A stretch of DNA of 64,000 bases from positions 9,610,001-9,674,000 of the forward strand of contig OZ024748.1 in the NCBI GenBank assembly GCA_964016885.1, written 5' to 3'. Numbering within the stretch: position 1 is the first letter of the stretch; each line of letters starts with the position of its first letter. Below are positions 14,771 to 28,652 of this stretch, one piece after another. Source of the stretch: Eledone cirrhosa (Eukaryota). The notes beneath the pieces are model-generated. The model worked only from the letters and a program-made list of their open reading frames with translations, was not told where the DNA came from and searched no databases. The position numbers were made by a program, and so were the translations under genes.

Positions 14771-16189
14771 GCATATATACATAGTCAAGTGAGAGATTGT
14801 AGAGGATTATGTTCAACTTCAATTTCTACAGGATGAATGGCAAAGTTGACCTCGGCGGGATTTGAACTCAGAGCAGAGAAAGACGGAACGAATACCACAA
14901 AGTATTTTATCTGACTAACAACTGCCACTTCCCCACTTCTCATAGGGGGTTCAATGTCTGGTGAAAAGGATTGTACGCTGTTTTTCTGGGTGTTTTAAGT
15001 ATAGAATGTCGGGTATTTTAGTACCTGTGACGATTATTACTCGCTCTCTCTCTCTCAGTACCGGATCTACCTCAGATGAATGGAATGGTGACCTCCGTGG
15101 CATTTGAACCCAGAACACAGAAAGACTGAACAAATATCACAAGGTATTCTCTGCAAAACTTTAATGGCTCTGCCAATTCCACTGTTTGATAAAATATGTG
15201 TGTGTCCGTGATAAAATATGTGTGTGTCCGTATACATATACACCAGGTCCGAACACAAAGGAACCAAACTCCCACTGTCACTGCCTCCATCTCTCCCGCC
15301 CTCCCCATCTCTCATATACACCAGGTCCGAACACAGAGGGACCAAACTCCCACTGTCACTTCTACCGTCTCTCCCGCTCTCCTCATCTCTCATTATTATG
15401 AGCAAATTGGGGGCGGGGGGAGGCACGCGCTGGTCGCCCCGCGGCCCCGACGGACAGAATAGAGAAGGTGTTTTCCTGGAGGATGGTGAGGGAGACGTGT
15501 GAAAAGAACAGCCATTCCTGCTGGCGAGGCTTACACCTGCGGCTACCCAACTCTGTACTGACATTGATAATATCTGCTCTTTTGTCAGCCTGTTTCTAAC
15601 AAGAGATTGGCTGACGTAGGTGTTCCATCTGATATTGTTTACAGAGATGTAGAGAGTAAAAACTTCAATATTTCATCACATGTATCAACGTCCAACGTAT
15701 TTTCCTTATTTTATGCACCGACATTATTATAAAAGTTTCGTTACGTTCAATGAATACATTATATTATAGAAGCAACATAAATGATTTGAGGCGTAAACAT
15801 TAAATAATGCCAACGTCTATAGAATTAATTTTATTCAACCACTCAGTTTTACTTCCCTCTCATGAAAGTTAAACATGAAAACCACATGAAAGTGAAACAT
15901 TAAAAAACATGAATTATTTAATCAAAGGTTCCCATTCCTTTTGATCGAAACAGTGTTTGTATTGAAAAAAATCGATACGTTTATCATATGCACTTTAAAA
16001 CTTAACCCTCGACGATAATTTTTTTATATTCGGGATTAGAGTCAAAGGAATATTTGGCGAGATATGAAGAAATATATAAACCTACCTGATCTCATGTGTT
16101 GCTTTAAGGTAAATAATTCTAAAATGGTAAATTCTGTGTATCAAGTCTGTATTATTTTGTTGAAAAGATTTTGCGAGTTCTGAGGAATT

Positions 16190-16455
16190 TTAGGTAGAAA
16201 CTAACTTACGCCATAACTGTGGTCGACAAACGTGTTTTACGTAGAAAACAATTAAGCCACGCCTGTCATTGAAAAACGTGTTTTAGATAGAAAGTAATTA
16301 CGTCACACGTGTGGTCAACAAACGTGTGTTTTAGATAGAAACTAATTACGTCATATGTGTTTTACGTAGAAAGTAATTACGTCACAACTGTGGTCGACAA
16401 AAGTGTGTTTTACGTAGAAAGTAATTACGTCACGCCTGTGGTCTACAAACGTATG
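16190..16455. repeat. Degenerate tandem repeat of about 45 bp
   Basis: Repeated tttacgtagaaagtaattacgtcac...gtggtcgacaaacgtg. Confidence 0.75.
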
Positions 16456-16776
16456 TTATGATGTCGTCTCTAACAAAATTACTTTATTCCTTCTTCTCGG
16501 TGGAATGTCACTATCTCGTGACTACGATAAACTTTTTAAGAAATGGTACATTTCATGCGAAACTATTCTTAAATATACAACTCTAGTAGCGTATCTCGAT
16601 TAATTTTTCAGATTTTTTCCAGCCACCGCGCTTTTATTTCGACCCCACCCGCTTATTAAATTTTGCTAATCTATCTCTGGCGAAATTGTATTCTAAGTGA
16701 TTTATATTGATACAACAACTGGAGAATCTAATAATTATTTTATTTTACATTAAAAACATTATATATGACAAAAAAT

Positions 16777-16972
16777 GGCGGTGTATTGGCAGTATTGGCA
16801 GTATCGGTAGAGAGCCGGACGCCATTCTTTGACGCATAGAGTTACGGCCCTTGCCATTCTGAGTTCAAATCCCGCCGAGGTTAACTTTGCCTTTCATCCT
16901 TACGGGGTCGATAAAATAAAGTACCAGTAATGCACTGGGATAATTGCTGGCCTTGTGCCAAAAGTAGAAACA
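16777..16972 (+). mobile_element. SINE, full length with 17-bp TSD
   Basis: TSD attatatatgacaaaaa at 16758-16774 and 16973-16989. Confidence 0.88.
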
Positions 16973-17734
16973 ATTATATATGACAAAAAGAACATTACAA
17001 GAAATCCCATATTTACGAACGTACACTCTACAATTACTGATTTCCCACTCCCCCGCTTATTACAACCCCACCCCTATTATTTGTGACCCGAGAGTACGTA
17101 AAAGGGTGAGCAATTCAGTGTAAAGTGTTGCCTGGAGCTATTAAAGGGACTCTACTTATAAAATACAACACTTTTCATTGATTTGTCTGCAGAGTTGTGT
17201 GACGGATATCTTCTTAACTTTAATTATTCCTATAACTCCTTCAACATCGATAATATTTGTGCCAAAGTCCTGGAGGAAATGTATTTCCTTAATTCTACAA
17301 AATATTTAAATTATAAACTTAATTTCAGTAGTGAAATCAATAAAATATGTGGCGTTGTATTCTTAGATTTTTTCCCTGAAACTGAAATAAATATTTGTTA
17401 TTGCATCAATTACTTTTACCATCAATTATATTATATTTTTTATGAAGAATCAGTTTATGAAGAAGTAATAACTTATAACATGTATAAAACATTATTTTAT
17501 TTCTAATCTGATCTGTTTTATATAAACACAGACGTGAAGATGTGGTACAATTTATTATTTATCAACCGGAATATGTGGTAGAAAGTACATGTGCTAAAGG
17601 TTGTCGCGGTAGGCTCGAACATGGGACAACATGTTTGTGTAGAGGACTTTACTACATTTCCCTACCTTACAAAACAAGAATAAAAACAATTTAATAAAAA
17701 AAGAAAAATAATTAGATTGAGAAAACAAATACCG

Positions 17735-17990
17735 GGGATTGTCTGGCCACTTCCTCTTCGTACCGGTCCTCAGGTGTACTTGAACCCTGTAGTGCTGAGC
17801 TCCTCCGCAAGATCAGAACGTCAGCAGACCGTCTGAGGAAGAAACCCTGAGAGGTGGGGTGGCTGTTGCAGCGGGTGTCGCTGGCCATTGTCCGCGGGAA
17901 TGCTTTTGCTGTCTTGACCCCGTGGTGCAGCGCCAATACCGTCGCGCCCAAGGCTCAGAGTCCATCCCTCTCCCCATTCTTCTGTGACAC
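17735..17990 (+). mobile_element. CRE-like retrotransposon C-terminal fragment
   Basis: WLLQRVSLAIVRGNA motif; GC-rich island in AT-rich DNA. Confidence 0.6.
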
Positions 17991-18111
17991 GAGAGCCCTT
18001 GCCTTTCCCTTCTTTTCCCCTTTTTATATTTTCTTATTTTACATTCTATTCTTTCTTCTCAAACATGAAATAAATATAATTTCAACTTTGAGAAACGAAA
18101 TATTTGTATTA

Positions 18112-19537
18112 TTAGCTGACCCGTCCGGCTGGCGTCCGGCTAGGTATACCGGCATTTTATCTTTTCAGGAATCCCCCCTACAATCCAGTGCAAAGATACC
18201 GCATGCCCTCTCAAGTCAGCGAGGGGTAGGGGGGTTAACGTGCTCAGATGTTGGGTTTGAATGGTTTTTAGGATTCCTCAGTTCAGCAGCCAGTACATTA
18301 AAGCAAATTGATAGTTACAACAATAAAGGCTGAACAGAGAACAAATTTGTTTAACAAACAATAATTTGTACAACCATAATGGAAATTCCAAGTAACAGAA
18401 AATTACATTGTTAGAGCCTCAGAATATACAATATTTCTTGTTCGGCCCTCCGGGGCAAATATGATCTTGTCAGGAGCAAGTAAGCTGTAGTGACTTAGAG
18501 GCCTACCACAATCTCCAGGACACTGTTTTCAAGACAAATGGGCGCCTCATTGAAAACGACATCGTATGTTATGTTTGGATTGTGTCTGCGTGTGCGGTGG
18601 AGGATGTCCTCAGCTAGACTTTCACGGTGGTTATTCCACAGTGCGAGAGGGTCGGAGAAATCGCAGTTTTGCAGCATACTAGCAAAAAGTTTTCGCAGCT
18701 GAGAAGGGACTTTAGCAGTTGCTGCTTCTTGCAGGGTGAGTTCCAATAGCTGTCATCGTGTAACATACCACGCATCTGGCAAGCCAAACGGTAAGTGGAA
18801 CATTGATGGCCATTGATGGAAAGACTGTGGTCCTCTAACCTCGAACAGTAACAATGACGATAAGCCGTCTGTGCTTTCGTGAAATAAATAGGTTTTTGTT
18901 TTTGTGTATGCAAAAGTATCTGTACACGAATATCTATATTAAAATAACAGATTAAAGTTTAAGCAAAGAATCGCTGCTTTCACCCTTAACGGGATCTTCT
19001 GAAACTAAAAAAATCCGTCCGTGAACACAGAAGTAAATATTTCGAAAAACGTTATCTAATGCAGACAGTCAGACATTATGTATCTATCTATTTAGGGCGG
19101 TAGATTGGCAGTATCGGTAGCGAGTCGGACACCATGCTTTCCAGCATAGTTACGTCCCTTTACGATCTGAGTTCAAATCCCGCCGAGGTTGACTTAGCCT
19201 TTCATCCTTACGAGGTCGATAAAATAAAGTACCAGTAATGCACTGGGTAATTGCTGGCCGTGTGCCTAAAGTAGAAACAATTATGTATCTATCTAAAAAG
19301 ACAGGCTAAGAAAAAGTGAGAAATGACGTATAACCGGAAGTGTTGACATTTGAAATTTTAAAGAAATGAATATTTAAATAATGTCTTTAATCTTTTAAAG
19401 AAATTCAGTAGACAAAATACCGTCACTTTTTTATTTGGAAAAAGTTACATCTATGGTCCAAATTTGGTGCTGTTAGGTCCAGCCGTTTGGCGGAAAGTTT
19501 GTTACCTACATACGGCCGTCAGCTTTATAGTATAGAT
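18112..19537. mobile_element. Non-autonomous Helitron/HINE (DINE-1-like) element with an internal Rep/Helicase coding remnant
   Basis: 5' tagctgacccgtccgg and 3' acggccgtcagctttatagtatagat (subterminal IR agctgac/gtcagct); minus-strand remnant at about 18495-18830 (TYRLACQMRGMLHDD..W / LQEAA...PSQLRKLF...SDPLALWNNHRESLAEDI). Confidence 0.75.
19095..19279 (+). mobile_element. SINE, full length with 16-bp TSD
   Basis: TSD attatgtatctatcta at 19075-19090 and 19280-19295. Confidence 0.88.
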
Positions 19538-19724
19538 TCTAAAGTGTGACGAATCGTGTTTACTCTGAAATTACTCGGGAATTAATTTCTGGAGAAGCAC
19601 GTTTTATGAGTTTACGTTGGGTTTTTAATAATTAAAAATATCGATTGCTTCTTACAAGAGAACGAAACAATTTAGAAAATTTTACATTTCAAAATATTTT
19701 CTTACCACTAACGAGCTATGTAGG

Positions 19725-20660
19725 CGTGTGTGTGTGTGTGTGTGTGTACGCGTGCGTGTGTGTGTGTGTAAGCGCACGTGCGTGTGTGCCTGCGTGTGTG
19801 TGTGTGTGTGTGTGTGTACGCGCGCGTGTGTGTGTGTAAGCGCGCGTGCGTGTGTGCCTGCGTGTGCGTGTGCGTGTGTGTGTGTGTGTGTACACGCGCG
19901 CGTGTGTGTGTGAGCGCGCGTGCGTGTTAGTGGTGATGTTATTGGTGGTGGTTGTGTTAGTGGTGGTGGTGGTGTTAGTGGTGGTGGTAGTGGTCGTGGC
20001 AGTGGTGGTGATGGTGTTAGTGGTGGTGGTGGTGGTGGTGACAGTGGTGGTGATGGTGTTAGTGGTGGTGGTAGTGGTGGTGGCAGTAGTGGTGATGGTG
20101 TTAGTGGTGGTGGTAATGGTGGTGGTGGTGTTAGTGTGTTAGTGGTGGTGGTGGTGATGTTAGTGGTGGTGTTAGTGGTGGTGGTGGTGTTAGTGGTGGT
20201 GGTAGTGTTAGTGGTGGTGTTAGTGGTGGTGTTAGTGGTGGTGGTGGTGTCGGTGGTGGTGTTAGTGGTAGTGGTGGTGTTAGTGGTGGTGGTGGTGGTG
20301 GTGTTAGTGGTTGTGGTGTTAGTGGTGGTGTTAGTGGTGGTGGTGGCGGTGGTGTTAGTGGTGGTGTTAGTGGTGGTGGTAGTGGTGGTGTTAGTAGTGG
20401 TGGTAGTGGTGGTGGTAGTGTTAGTGGTAGTGTTAGTTGTGGTGGTACTGGTGGTGGCAGTGGTGGTGGTGGTGTTAGTGGTGGTGGTAGTGGTGGTGGC
20501 AGTGGTGGTGGTGGTGGTGGTTGTGGTGGTGGTGTTAGTGGTGGTGGCAGTGGTGGTGGTGGTGGTGGTGGTGTTAGTGTCAGTGGTGGTGTTAGTGTCA
20601 GTGGTGGTGTTAGTGGTGGTGTCAGGGCTGGTGTCAGTGCTGGTGTTAGTGTCAGTGCTA
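19725..20660. repeat. (GT/GC)n followed by (GTG)n/GTGTTAGTG degenerate microsatellite
   Basis: Direct inspection; source of the poly-T and poly-V ORFs. Confidence 0.92.
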
Positions 20661-21237
20661 GTATAGCAATTAATCATGATAACATCTCATAATGACAGGT
20701 CCTAAAGTTATTATAGACTTAACTTATGTTGATATCTATTTGTGTACTTGTCAGTCACTGGTTGTGTAGTTTGGTTTACCGTAGCTGCCAATATTACATT
20801 AACTCTCAGCTGTAGATAACCATTCATGCGTCAAACAAACAAACAAACACAAGGCACCAACTATAAAGATGTGTCGTAATCAAGGAAGCAAAGATTTGCT
20901 GCCAATAATCAAGGTAAAATATATTCTCTTCTTCTTCCAGATATTCCTTGGATGGTCGTGAGGCGCAGAATCTTCAAACACACCTTACAGCCGGTCCTGT
21001 CAGAAGCAACCGGCACCTTAAACACCAGCAACACTACCACCACCCCACCACCACCACCATCACATGGTAATAATATATATTGTTATTGCTAGTTGATATA
21101 CCAGCAAATTACTTGCAGACTAGAGTGGTAGTTGATAATGAAATACATCTCCTTCCGATGGTTGTTTCATCAGTGAACATCCAGTTGTTCAGTCAACAGA
21201 ATGTCTATTAATGCAATCAAGCATGCACTATATATAT

Positions 21238-23700
21238 AACAAAGAAGATGTGGTAAGATACCAGGAGGACCTTAACGCACCAGAGTACTCGATACTTAGG
21301 GTAGTAGAGTGGGTAATATGAAAAGAGTCAGGACCCATTACGACAGCTAGATCCGAACAATTTCACGCAAAGACAAAACCACGTTTATGGTAAAAATGGA
21401 GTCGTAGACTAATATTCTATTTAGGAAACCGAATTATTCTCGGCTTCAAAGTTAAGAATAATGTAAATAAACTAGTAGAACGAAAATGACAGAGGTTATT
21501 GAAATTAACAATAATAAAATATATACATACACGCATCCACGCATGCGTGTATACATATAATTATATAAACGTATATAAATATTCACACATAAATACATAA
21601 ATAACGCACACACACACATACCTACAGGTAAATACACATGTGTTCACTAAACGAACGTCAACCAAAACACAAAGTACACATATACACACCTTACATACGT
21701 GCAAACACGCATACACACACAAACACAAAATACAGATATACACATAACCATATACATGTGTACCAATATATATAATATAATATATACACCTATAATAAAT
21801 ACAAGCAAATATACGTACGAGAAAGTATACGTACTTTCACAAAACATACGGGTAAGGTATACTTACCTATACAAATAAGTAATGGTATAAACATAAAATA
21901 TACTTAGCTACCACATCAAGACGTAAATTATCCGCGTATTGTTCGTACTATCTGTTAGGGTATAATGTGGGGCTGTAATACAGAAAAGTTTTATGCAATT
22001 TAAGTTTACAAGCCGAAATTTCCTCAGATTTTTTGTTTAAGATGTGATCATTGGCGTAGAGTATTTCCAGGGCGCAAAGATCGCATGGTCTTTTATTTCC
22101 GTTATACGATCTAGCCTTAGCTAGGATCTCCCAATGTAACCTATATTGGGTGTGGTTGTCTTTTAGACTCCAGATATAAGCTGAAGGTGACGTCGTATTC
22201 CTTCTTAAAGGGTTAAGAAAAGAATGGGTGTGCATGTAAAGACGCTGCTTAAATCTATTAGCGGTTAACCCTATGTAGGCCCTGCGGGACGTGGGCGTTT
22301 CGACCTTACATTTGTAGACAATGTTACTGGAGAGGCATTTCCCGGATAGAGGGCAGTCAACCCGATTCCTACAATTACAGTTAGTACTAGCTACAGGGTT
22401 GCACGTGTTCCTACGGCTAGGTAATTTAGCTAAATTTGAAGCAGTGATGTTATGTGCAAGGTTAGGAGTCATAGAGTAAGATATTTTAATGGTATTTCTA
22501 TTAAAAATGTTATTATATTTATGTGCTGAAGGGAAATGCTTCTTAATAAGAGAGAGAAAGATCTTAGCTAATGGTGTGGCCACCTCCATATTATATGGTG
22601 GGTTATACAAAATAATGCGTCGGGATCTATTTTTCCTTTGTCTATGCTCATACTTAGTATATGCTACCTTATCGACAAATCCACTCCGAGTAAGAGCTTC
22701 ATTGTAATATGTGGAATGGTTGGTGAAAATATGCTCGTTTTTAGATAGACAGGAAAGCCTCAAAGAAACGTTACTTACCAGGTTCTTGGTTATGCTGGCA
22801 GGATGGTTAAAATGCTTACTTATGTAATTAAGCGTATCATTCGGCTTTCTATACGGGTAATGCCATTCGATAAATTGAGGGTAACGTCGAGGTAATTAAC
22901 GACCGAGAGGTTGGCCTCAACCTGAATGGAGAGGTTGAAGCCTTTAAAGAAGGCTGTGAGTTCTTTTCTGAACCTGTCGCAAGCGCGTGGACCGCACTTT
23001 GTCATAGTCAAAAGACCGTCATCATGATACAAACCACCGCCCACATTGGGGAATTCTTCCTTGATAGAGAAAAGAAGGAAAAGGCCGATAAGATCAGTAA
23101 CCTCCGCCGAATCGTTGGCGCCCATACTCATGTCGAATGGAGTACTATTAGATTTGTTTATCCAAATAGAGTCGTCGAAATTAATCACCGACTTATGGGC
23201 TTTGAGGATGACATCAACTTCGAAATCCTTAACCACTGTGAGTGTTTTAGCGAAATTGATAGCTCTAAGAAGAAGTGGTAAAGTGATGGAGGAGTAGTAG
23301 TTATTGATGTCGAATTGGATAAAACGGCAATGCTCCTTGTTGCATATGCCATTGAACCAATCAATCACCGCGAAAGAATTGTTCCACGGTGCAAGAGAGG
23401 CCAAGCTTCTAATTCCAGGTATAATTCCATCTAAAACCCTTTTACTAAGTCTACCTAAATCGGACTTCGTAGGATTAATAAGCCGAATAGAGGGGTTGTT
23501 GGCGAAATTGAGTTTGTGATCCTTCAGGGTAAAATGGGGAGAAAAAGGCTCCAGAGGTTCAGTCCGGTCCTGGATGTTGAGTTCAGAGGTGATTTTAAAC
23601 CCAGCATCGTTGATGTCATTAATGATGTCATAAATATTTGCTCTAGGGTTCTTATATATTTGATATATATTTTTCTTTATCGATCCCTCTTTGGATTTTA
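21238..23700 (-). mobile_element. Penelope-like retroelement, 5'-truncated and frameshifted (RT followed by C-terminal GIY-YIG endonuclease)
   Basis: TLKDHK..NP.IRLINPTKSDLG, FIQFDINNYYSSI, FDMSMGANDSAEV, GLYHDDGL, NYLDVTL; then CNCRNRVDCPLSGKC..NIVYKC..AYIGLT..FKQRLYMH; (TA)n on both flanks. Confidence 0.92.
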
Positions 23701-23720
23701 GTTGTCAAATTTATTATTAT

Positions 23721-23757
<37 letters not shown>

Positions 23758-23837
23758 TATCTAAATTTCATCCATTTCCAATACTGACATTATCTGAGAA
23801 AAATAGAAGTTTCCTGATATTTTATTCAGATAATGCC

Positions 23838-23922
23838 ATGAAATATTTGTATAAAACTTCCATTTCTACAGATTTAACCATGCTAATCATTATGCCGTGT
23901 GTTGTCGCTCCTACCATAGACG
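23838..23922 (+). CDS. Candidate first coding exon (signal-peptide-like) of a small thyroglobulin type-1 domain protein
   Basis: Acceptor ttcag at 23829; gccATG; MKYLYKTSISTDLTMLIIMPCVVAPTID; strong donor G|gtaagt, phase 1, matching the phase-1 acceptor at 29472. Confidence 0.5.
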
Positions 23923-24366
23923 GTAAGTACTACTTTGAACATATTTATCTCAACAGCTTCGTCACTAAGCATTAGTATAGTTAATGTGTGCATCTGTCAA
24001 GACCTGCATAACAAGTTAGTTATGTCTTCAGTGACTTCACCTATCTCCATAGCAACTAAAATGGCTGCATATGTAGAGCAAGCAATGTTGTGTGAAGTCG
24101 AGCATGTGTCGTTATTATACATTTTACAGCTCAAGGCTCTCCCTAACGTCTGTCCATCCACCAGTCAGTGATCGATGCAAGTATAACTCTCTCTCTCTCT
24201 CTCTCTCTATGTATATATACAATATTATGTAATTATATATATAATATTATATAATTGTATAATTATGTATATATATATATAATTGTATAATTATATATAT
24301 ATATATAATATATATAATATATATAATTGTATAATTATATATATATATATAATATATATAATTGTA

Positions 24367-24411
<45 letters not shown>

Positions 24412-24415
<4 letters not shown>

Positions 24416-24599
24416 GTTTCTACTTTTGGCACAAGGCCAGCAAATTACTCAGTACATTACTGGTACTTTATTTTATCGACCCCGAAATGATGAAAGGCAA
24501 AGTTAACCTCGGCGGGATCTGAACTCAGTCCGTAAAGGGACGTAACTATGCTGGAAAGCATGGTGTCCGACCCTCTACCGATACTGCCAATTCACCGCC
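24412..24599 (-). mobile_element. SINE, full length
   Basis: Same family. Confidence 0.85.
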
Positions 24600-25228
24600 T
24601 TTATCTAATATATATTTGTGAAATGGGCGGTGGTTGAAATTCAGATGTGTACGGTTAAATGATAATAGACGTAGTCGGACTGACATGAAAATTTACACAC
24701 CTATGTAAAAAGTGCCAAGGAAGCAAGTAGGCGGGGTTTCAAATCTCTAACTTGAAAAATGTGGTGCCTGGGGCCCCAAAACTATTGCGTTCGGTGAGTT
24801 ATTTCCCCCTGTTCTAATACTTATGTATGCATGTATTTATGTGTTTATATGAGCGGGGATATGCAAGTAAATCTTACTTTGTGGACAGCTTATCCTTAGC
24901 ATAATATTCATGCTAGAACAGCATATATTTGAAAGTTTTCAGGGAGTTGAATTACTGATTTTGGATCGGCAGCTTTAGCTTTGAAAAAATGAAATGTGCA
25001 GTGTAAACATTTTTTATTATTCCTCCGGGGATGAATCTTCTCTGCATTTTTCCATCTCTTTCTTTCTCTCTGGAAGAAATCAGCCGTAGTAAGACCTAAA
25101 AATATGGTTAGATACACCATGACGCACAGTGCATCACGGTGGAGTTGAAAAGCAGACTCAGAACATGGCGTTGTGTGGGGGTGGCTCGCAGCCCAATGTT
25201 CCAGAGGGAGCAAAAGAAGAAGAAGAAG

Positions 25229-25259
<31 letters not shown>

Positions 25260-25715
25260 GAGCTGGAGTCCTATCAAAAATGAAATGTAGGTTGTGTCTT
25301 AAATTGAAGGTTTAGTAGAAACAATTCATGTATAGTTTTGTACTTTTCTTTTTGTCATTCATATATAAACAAATCTACTATATAAATTGGAAGTGGTCGG
25401 ACGTTGTATTTGTAGGTGTAGTCGGATAAACGTCGAAACGGCTTGGTGGAATGCAGCGAAAATTTACACAGTTATGCAGAATGACCCTAGGAGGCGTTGG
25501 GTCGAGCTATAATCTTCCATGGTTACGGAGAAAATCGATGAAACAGGAATTTCCCATTCAAATTGAACTGAGAGTAATCTGTGAACGCAGAATAATTATT
25601 TCGAGAAACGTTGCAACCGAACGAAAACAGGAAGACAATATTTTGGTTCGTGAAGAGGTTCCCTGGCAATGAACGGGAAAAAAGCGAGGATAATACGTCG
25701 TTATGTGGAGCGTGA

Positions 25716-25872
25716 AGAACAATTTCATGCAAAGGCAAGACCAAGTTTATGGTATAAATGGAGTCGTTAGACTAATATTCTATTTAAAATAACAGAATGA
25801 TTTCCAGCCCCGGAGTTTAAGAATGATGTAAATAAAATTGAAAACGAAAACGACAGAGGTTATTAAAATAGT
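25716..25872 (-). mobile_element. Fragment of the same Penelope-like family 3' region
   Basis: Visible similarity to 21355-21505 (gaacaatttca.gcaaag...ggagtcgt.agactaatattctattt...gacagaggttatt). Confidence 0.7.
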
Positions 25873-27715
25873 AAAAGTAAATAGTGAAGATTTAGGCCAC
25901 ACATACACACACACGAACGCACGCGCGTATGTATAAACCTTATGCATTTCTACAGTATTTTCACCAAACTTAAGACATAGGTTACTTATGTACTCCGGAT
26001 GGTCATGGGCACTGTCATTTTTCCAGATATTGATTATAGGGCCCCCCGGCAGATAACCCCTTTAACCACTTTAACCACTTCCTTGGAGTCGACTGTAGCA
26101 CTGCAGTGGAATGCAACAAAACGTCATAACTTCTGGAGTTCGCAACCGATTTTCACAAAACTTGACACATGGGCTACGTTTGTCCTACAGATGAATGTGA
26201 ATTGGCACATATTAGGTAGGGGACCCCTGGGGCAGGAACCCCCTTTTGGAAAAAGCCGATGATTTTGTAAAAGTATAGTTTTCGAAGCAGCACTGAAGTA
26301 TTGACATAAATGGTATACACAATTGTGATAGTTGTGTGAAGTATACACACTAAACTAAACAAGCTTTAAACTAACAAATAAACTGTGCTAGAAATATTCA
26401 AATAATGAGAAAGATACGATAGATGAAATTATTGCAAGTGTTTTATGAAGAACAAAGAGGATCATAAAATATATATGTATGGTCCCATAACTCCTGATAT
26501 AGTTGTAGGGGCGCTGTATTGATATATGGTGTTTCGTGGGTATTTAAAGCCTGGTGGAGCCCATCTCTCTCCAGGCCTAAGTACAGCAGATTTTTTCCAC
26601 AGAAAGATAGGAAATGAGAGAGATATAGAGGAAGAATCGACCCAGTACTAGACTGGTACTTTTTTTATCAACCTCGAAATGATGAAAGGCAAAGTTGACC
26701 TCGCGGATCATACAATACTTTGCAAAAATCAAGAGATTAAAAAGTGTTTGATTGATGGTCTTAAAACTTTTGACCCTTCACTATCATATTTTTTGTTCAT
26801 CTTTAGAACATTTCAATTGATTTCCAAGATAAAATATTCTTCAAGAGTTAATTCATGTTTAAATACTTTTTTCTTCTGAATATTTTTACCATTAGAATCT
26901 TTTATTTTTATTTTTTGTGTTATTTTATATTGATTTATTACAATTATCTCAAGGCTAAACACTTTGATCTATCTTCATTTATTGAACACGTTCCCAGTTG
27001 CTTCATTCCTTCATTTACCATTCTCTGGTCCTTTCTATTAACCAGTAATGTTTTCAATTTTTATGTCTACTATCATTTCAAAGAATTACTAATTCTATTC
27101 TTTTCTACACACTCAGACTAAATAAATTACATCTAAAACTGGGGCAGAGTTTTATAGTCCTTCATTTTATTTATGTTGTAAGTTTTAGTTGATATTGTAG
27201 CAAGCTCTTCTTTGAGAATTTCAATTCAATGTTGTTGCTATTAACTCTTTAGCATTTACATTACTCTATATATGCTATTATATTTTCATGGTAAAGGCTT
27301 TATCTCACATAATTATCTCATATAATATCGAATCTATGAGATTTTGAAAGTATTTAAATACATACTTTCCGATTGTCACTTTCCGTTTTTTTTTTCGTGT
27401 GATACGCGAAGGAACCACCCAACAAACATCTCTCTTTTATATCTCTTTTATTTGTTCATTCAAAATAATTTTCAGCTAATTCTGTCGTACAATATACATC
27501 AGCAATCGTTATCTAATGTTTAAAACATATGAATAGCTGCGATATATGCACCATATTAATCGAAAACGATATGAGAATTGAATACCATACTAAAGCGCCA
27601 GTAAGCTTGCTAAGAACCTGCAGATAGAAATGTTAATAAATACAACATTTGGCTTGGGTAAACTTTAAGATGTTCTTTCATTGTAGGTTTCTTTTCTCAG
27701 CCAGTACGTTATAGA

Positions 27716-28652
27716 AAATTGATAGTTACAACAATAAAGGTTGAACAGAGAACAATTTTTTTAACAAACTTTACAATAATTTTTACAACCATAATGGAAA
27801 TTCCAGGTAACAGAAAATACATAAATTACATTGTTAGAGCCTCAGAGTATACAATATTTTTTATTCGGCCCTCGGGAGCAAAGATGAAGAGATTGTTTGG
27901 CGAGCTCAACCTAGAGCATCCTACATTCAATTTACCATGGTCTTCCCAGATGAAGACCAGCCACTTTTAGGGTTTGACCCTGAGCTTTGTTGATGGTAAT
28001 CGCGAAGCTTAGTCTCTCTGTTGCTCTAGTAACATTTTTTCTTCTGGAAAATCTGATCTTGCGGCCAGGCTAGGACTTTTTGGGTGGCATATCGGCAGTA
28101 ACAATGACAATAAGCCGTCTGTGCTTTCGTGAAATAAATACGTTTGTTATAACATTTTTTCTTCTGGAAAATCTGATCTTGCGGGAAATCTGATCTTTCG
28201 TGAAATAAATACGTTTGTTTATATTTTGTTTTTGTGTATGCAAAAATATCTGTACACGGATATATAATTATATATATTAAAATAACAGATTAAAGTTTAA
28301 GCAAAGAATCGCTGCTTTCAGTCTTAACGGGATCTCTGAAACTAAAAAAAATCAATCTGTGAACGCAGAAGTGAATATTTCGAAAAACGTTGCAACCGAA
28401 AGAAAGCAGGAAGATGATACTTTGGTTCGTGAAGACGTTAGGAATGTCGTATAACAGGAAGTGTTGACATTTGAAAATTTTAAAGAAGTGAATATTTAAA
28501 TAATGTCTTTAATCTTTTAACAAAATTCAGTACACTTTTTGTGCCCTCACTTTCTTACTTGGAAAAAGTTACATCTATGATGCAAATTTGGTGCCGTTTG
28601 GCCCAGCCGCTTGGCGGAAAGTTTGTTACTTACATACGGCCGTCAGCTTTAT
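27716..28652. mobile_element. Second, partial copy of the Helitron/HINE-like element
   Basis: Shares 18306-18450, 18845-19050 and 19325-19528 but has a different internal segment. Confidence 0.75.

Noticed and set aside
16620-17096. Possible DNA-transposon terminal repeat (cccgcttatta...gagagta)
   Set aside because: No matching opposite terminus found in the window.
17183-17506. 107-aa AT-rich ORF
   Set aside because: No motif recognised, TTG start, composition like background.
19682-20677. Mucin-like Thr-rich ORF or telomere-like repeat
   Set aside because: Degenerate (GTG)n microsatellite; the motif is TTAGTGG, not TTAGGG.
20941-21065. Possible exon after ttccag
   Set aside because: No recognisable product, it runs into (CAC)n, and no phase-compatible partner exon was identified.
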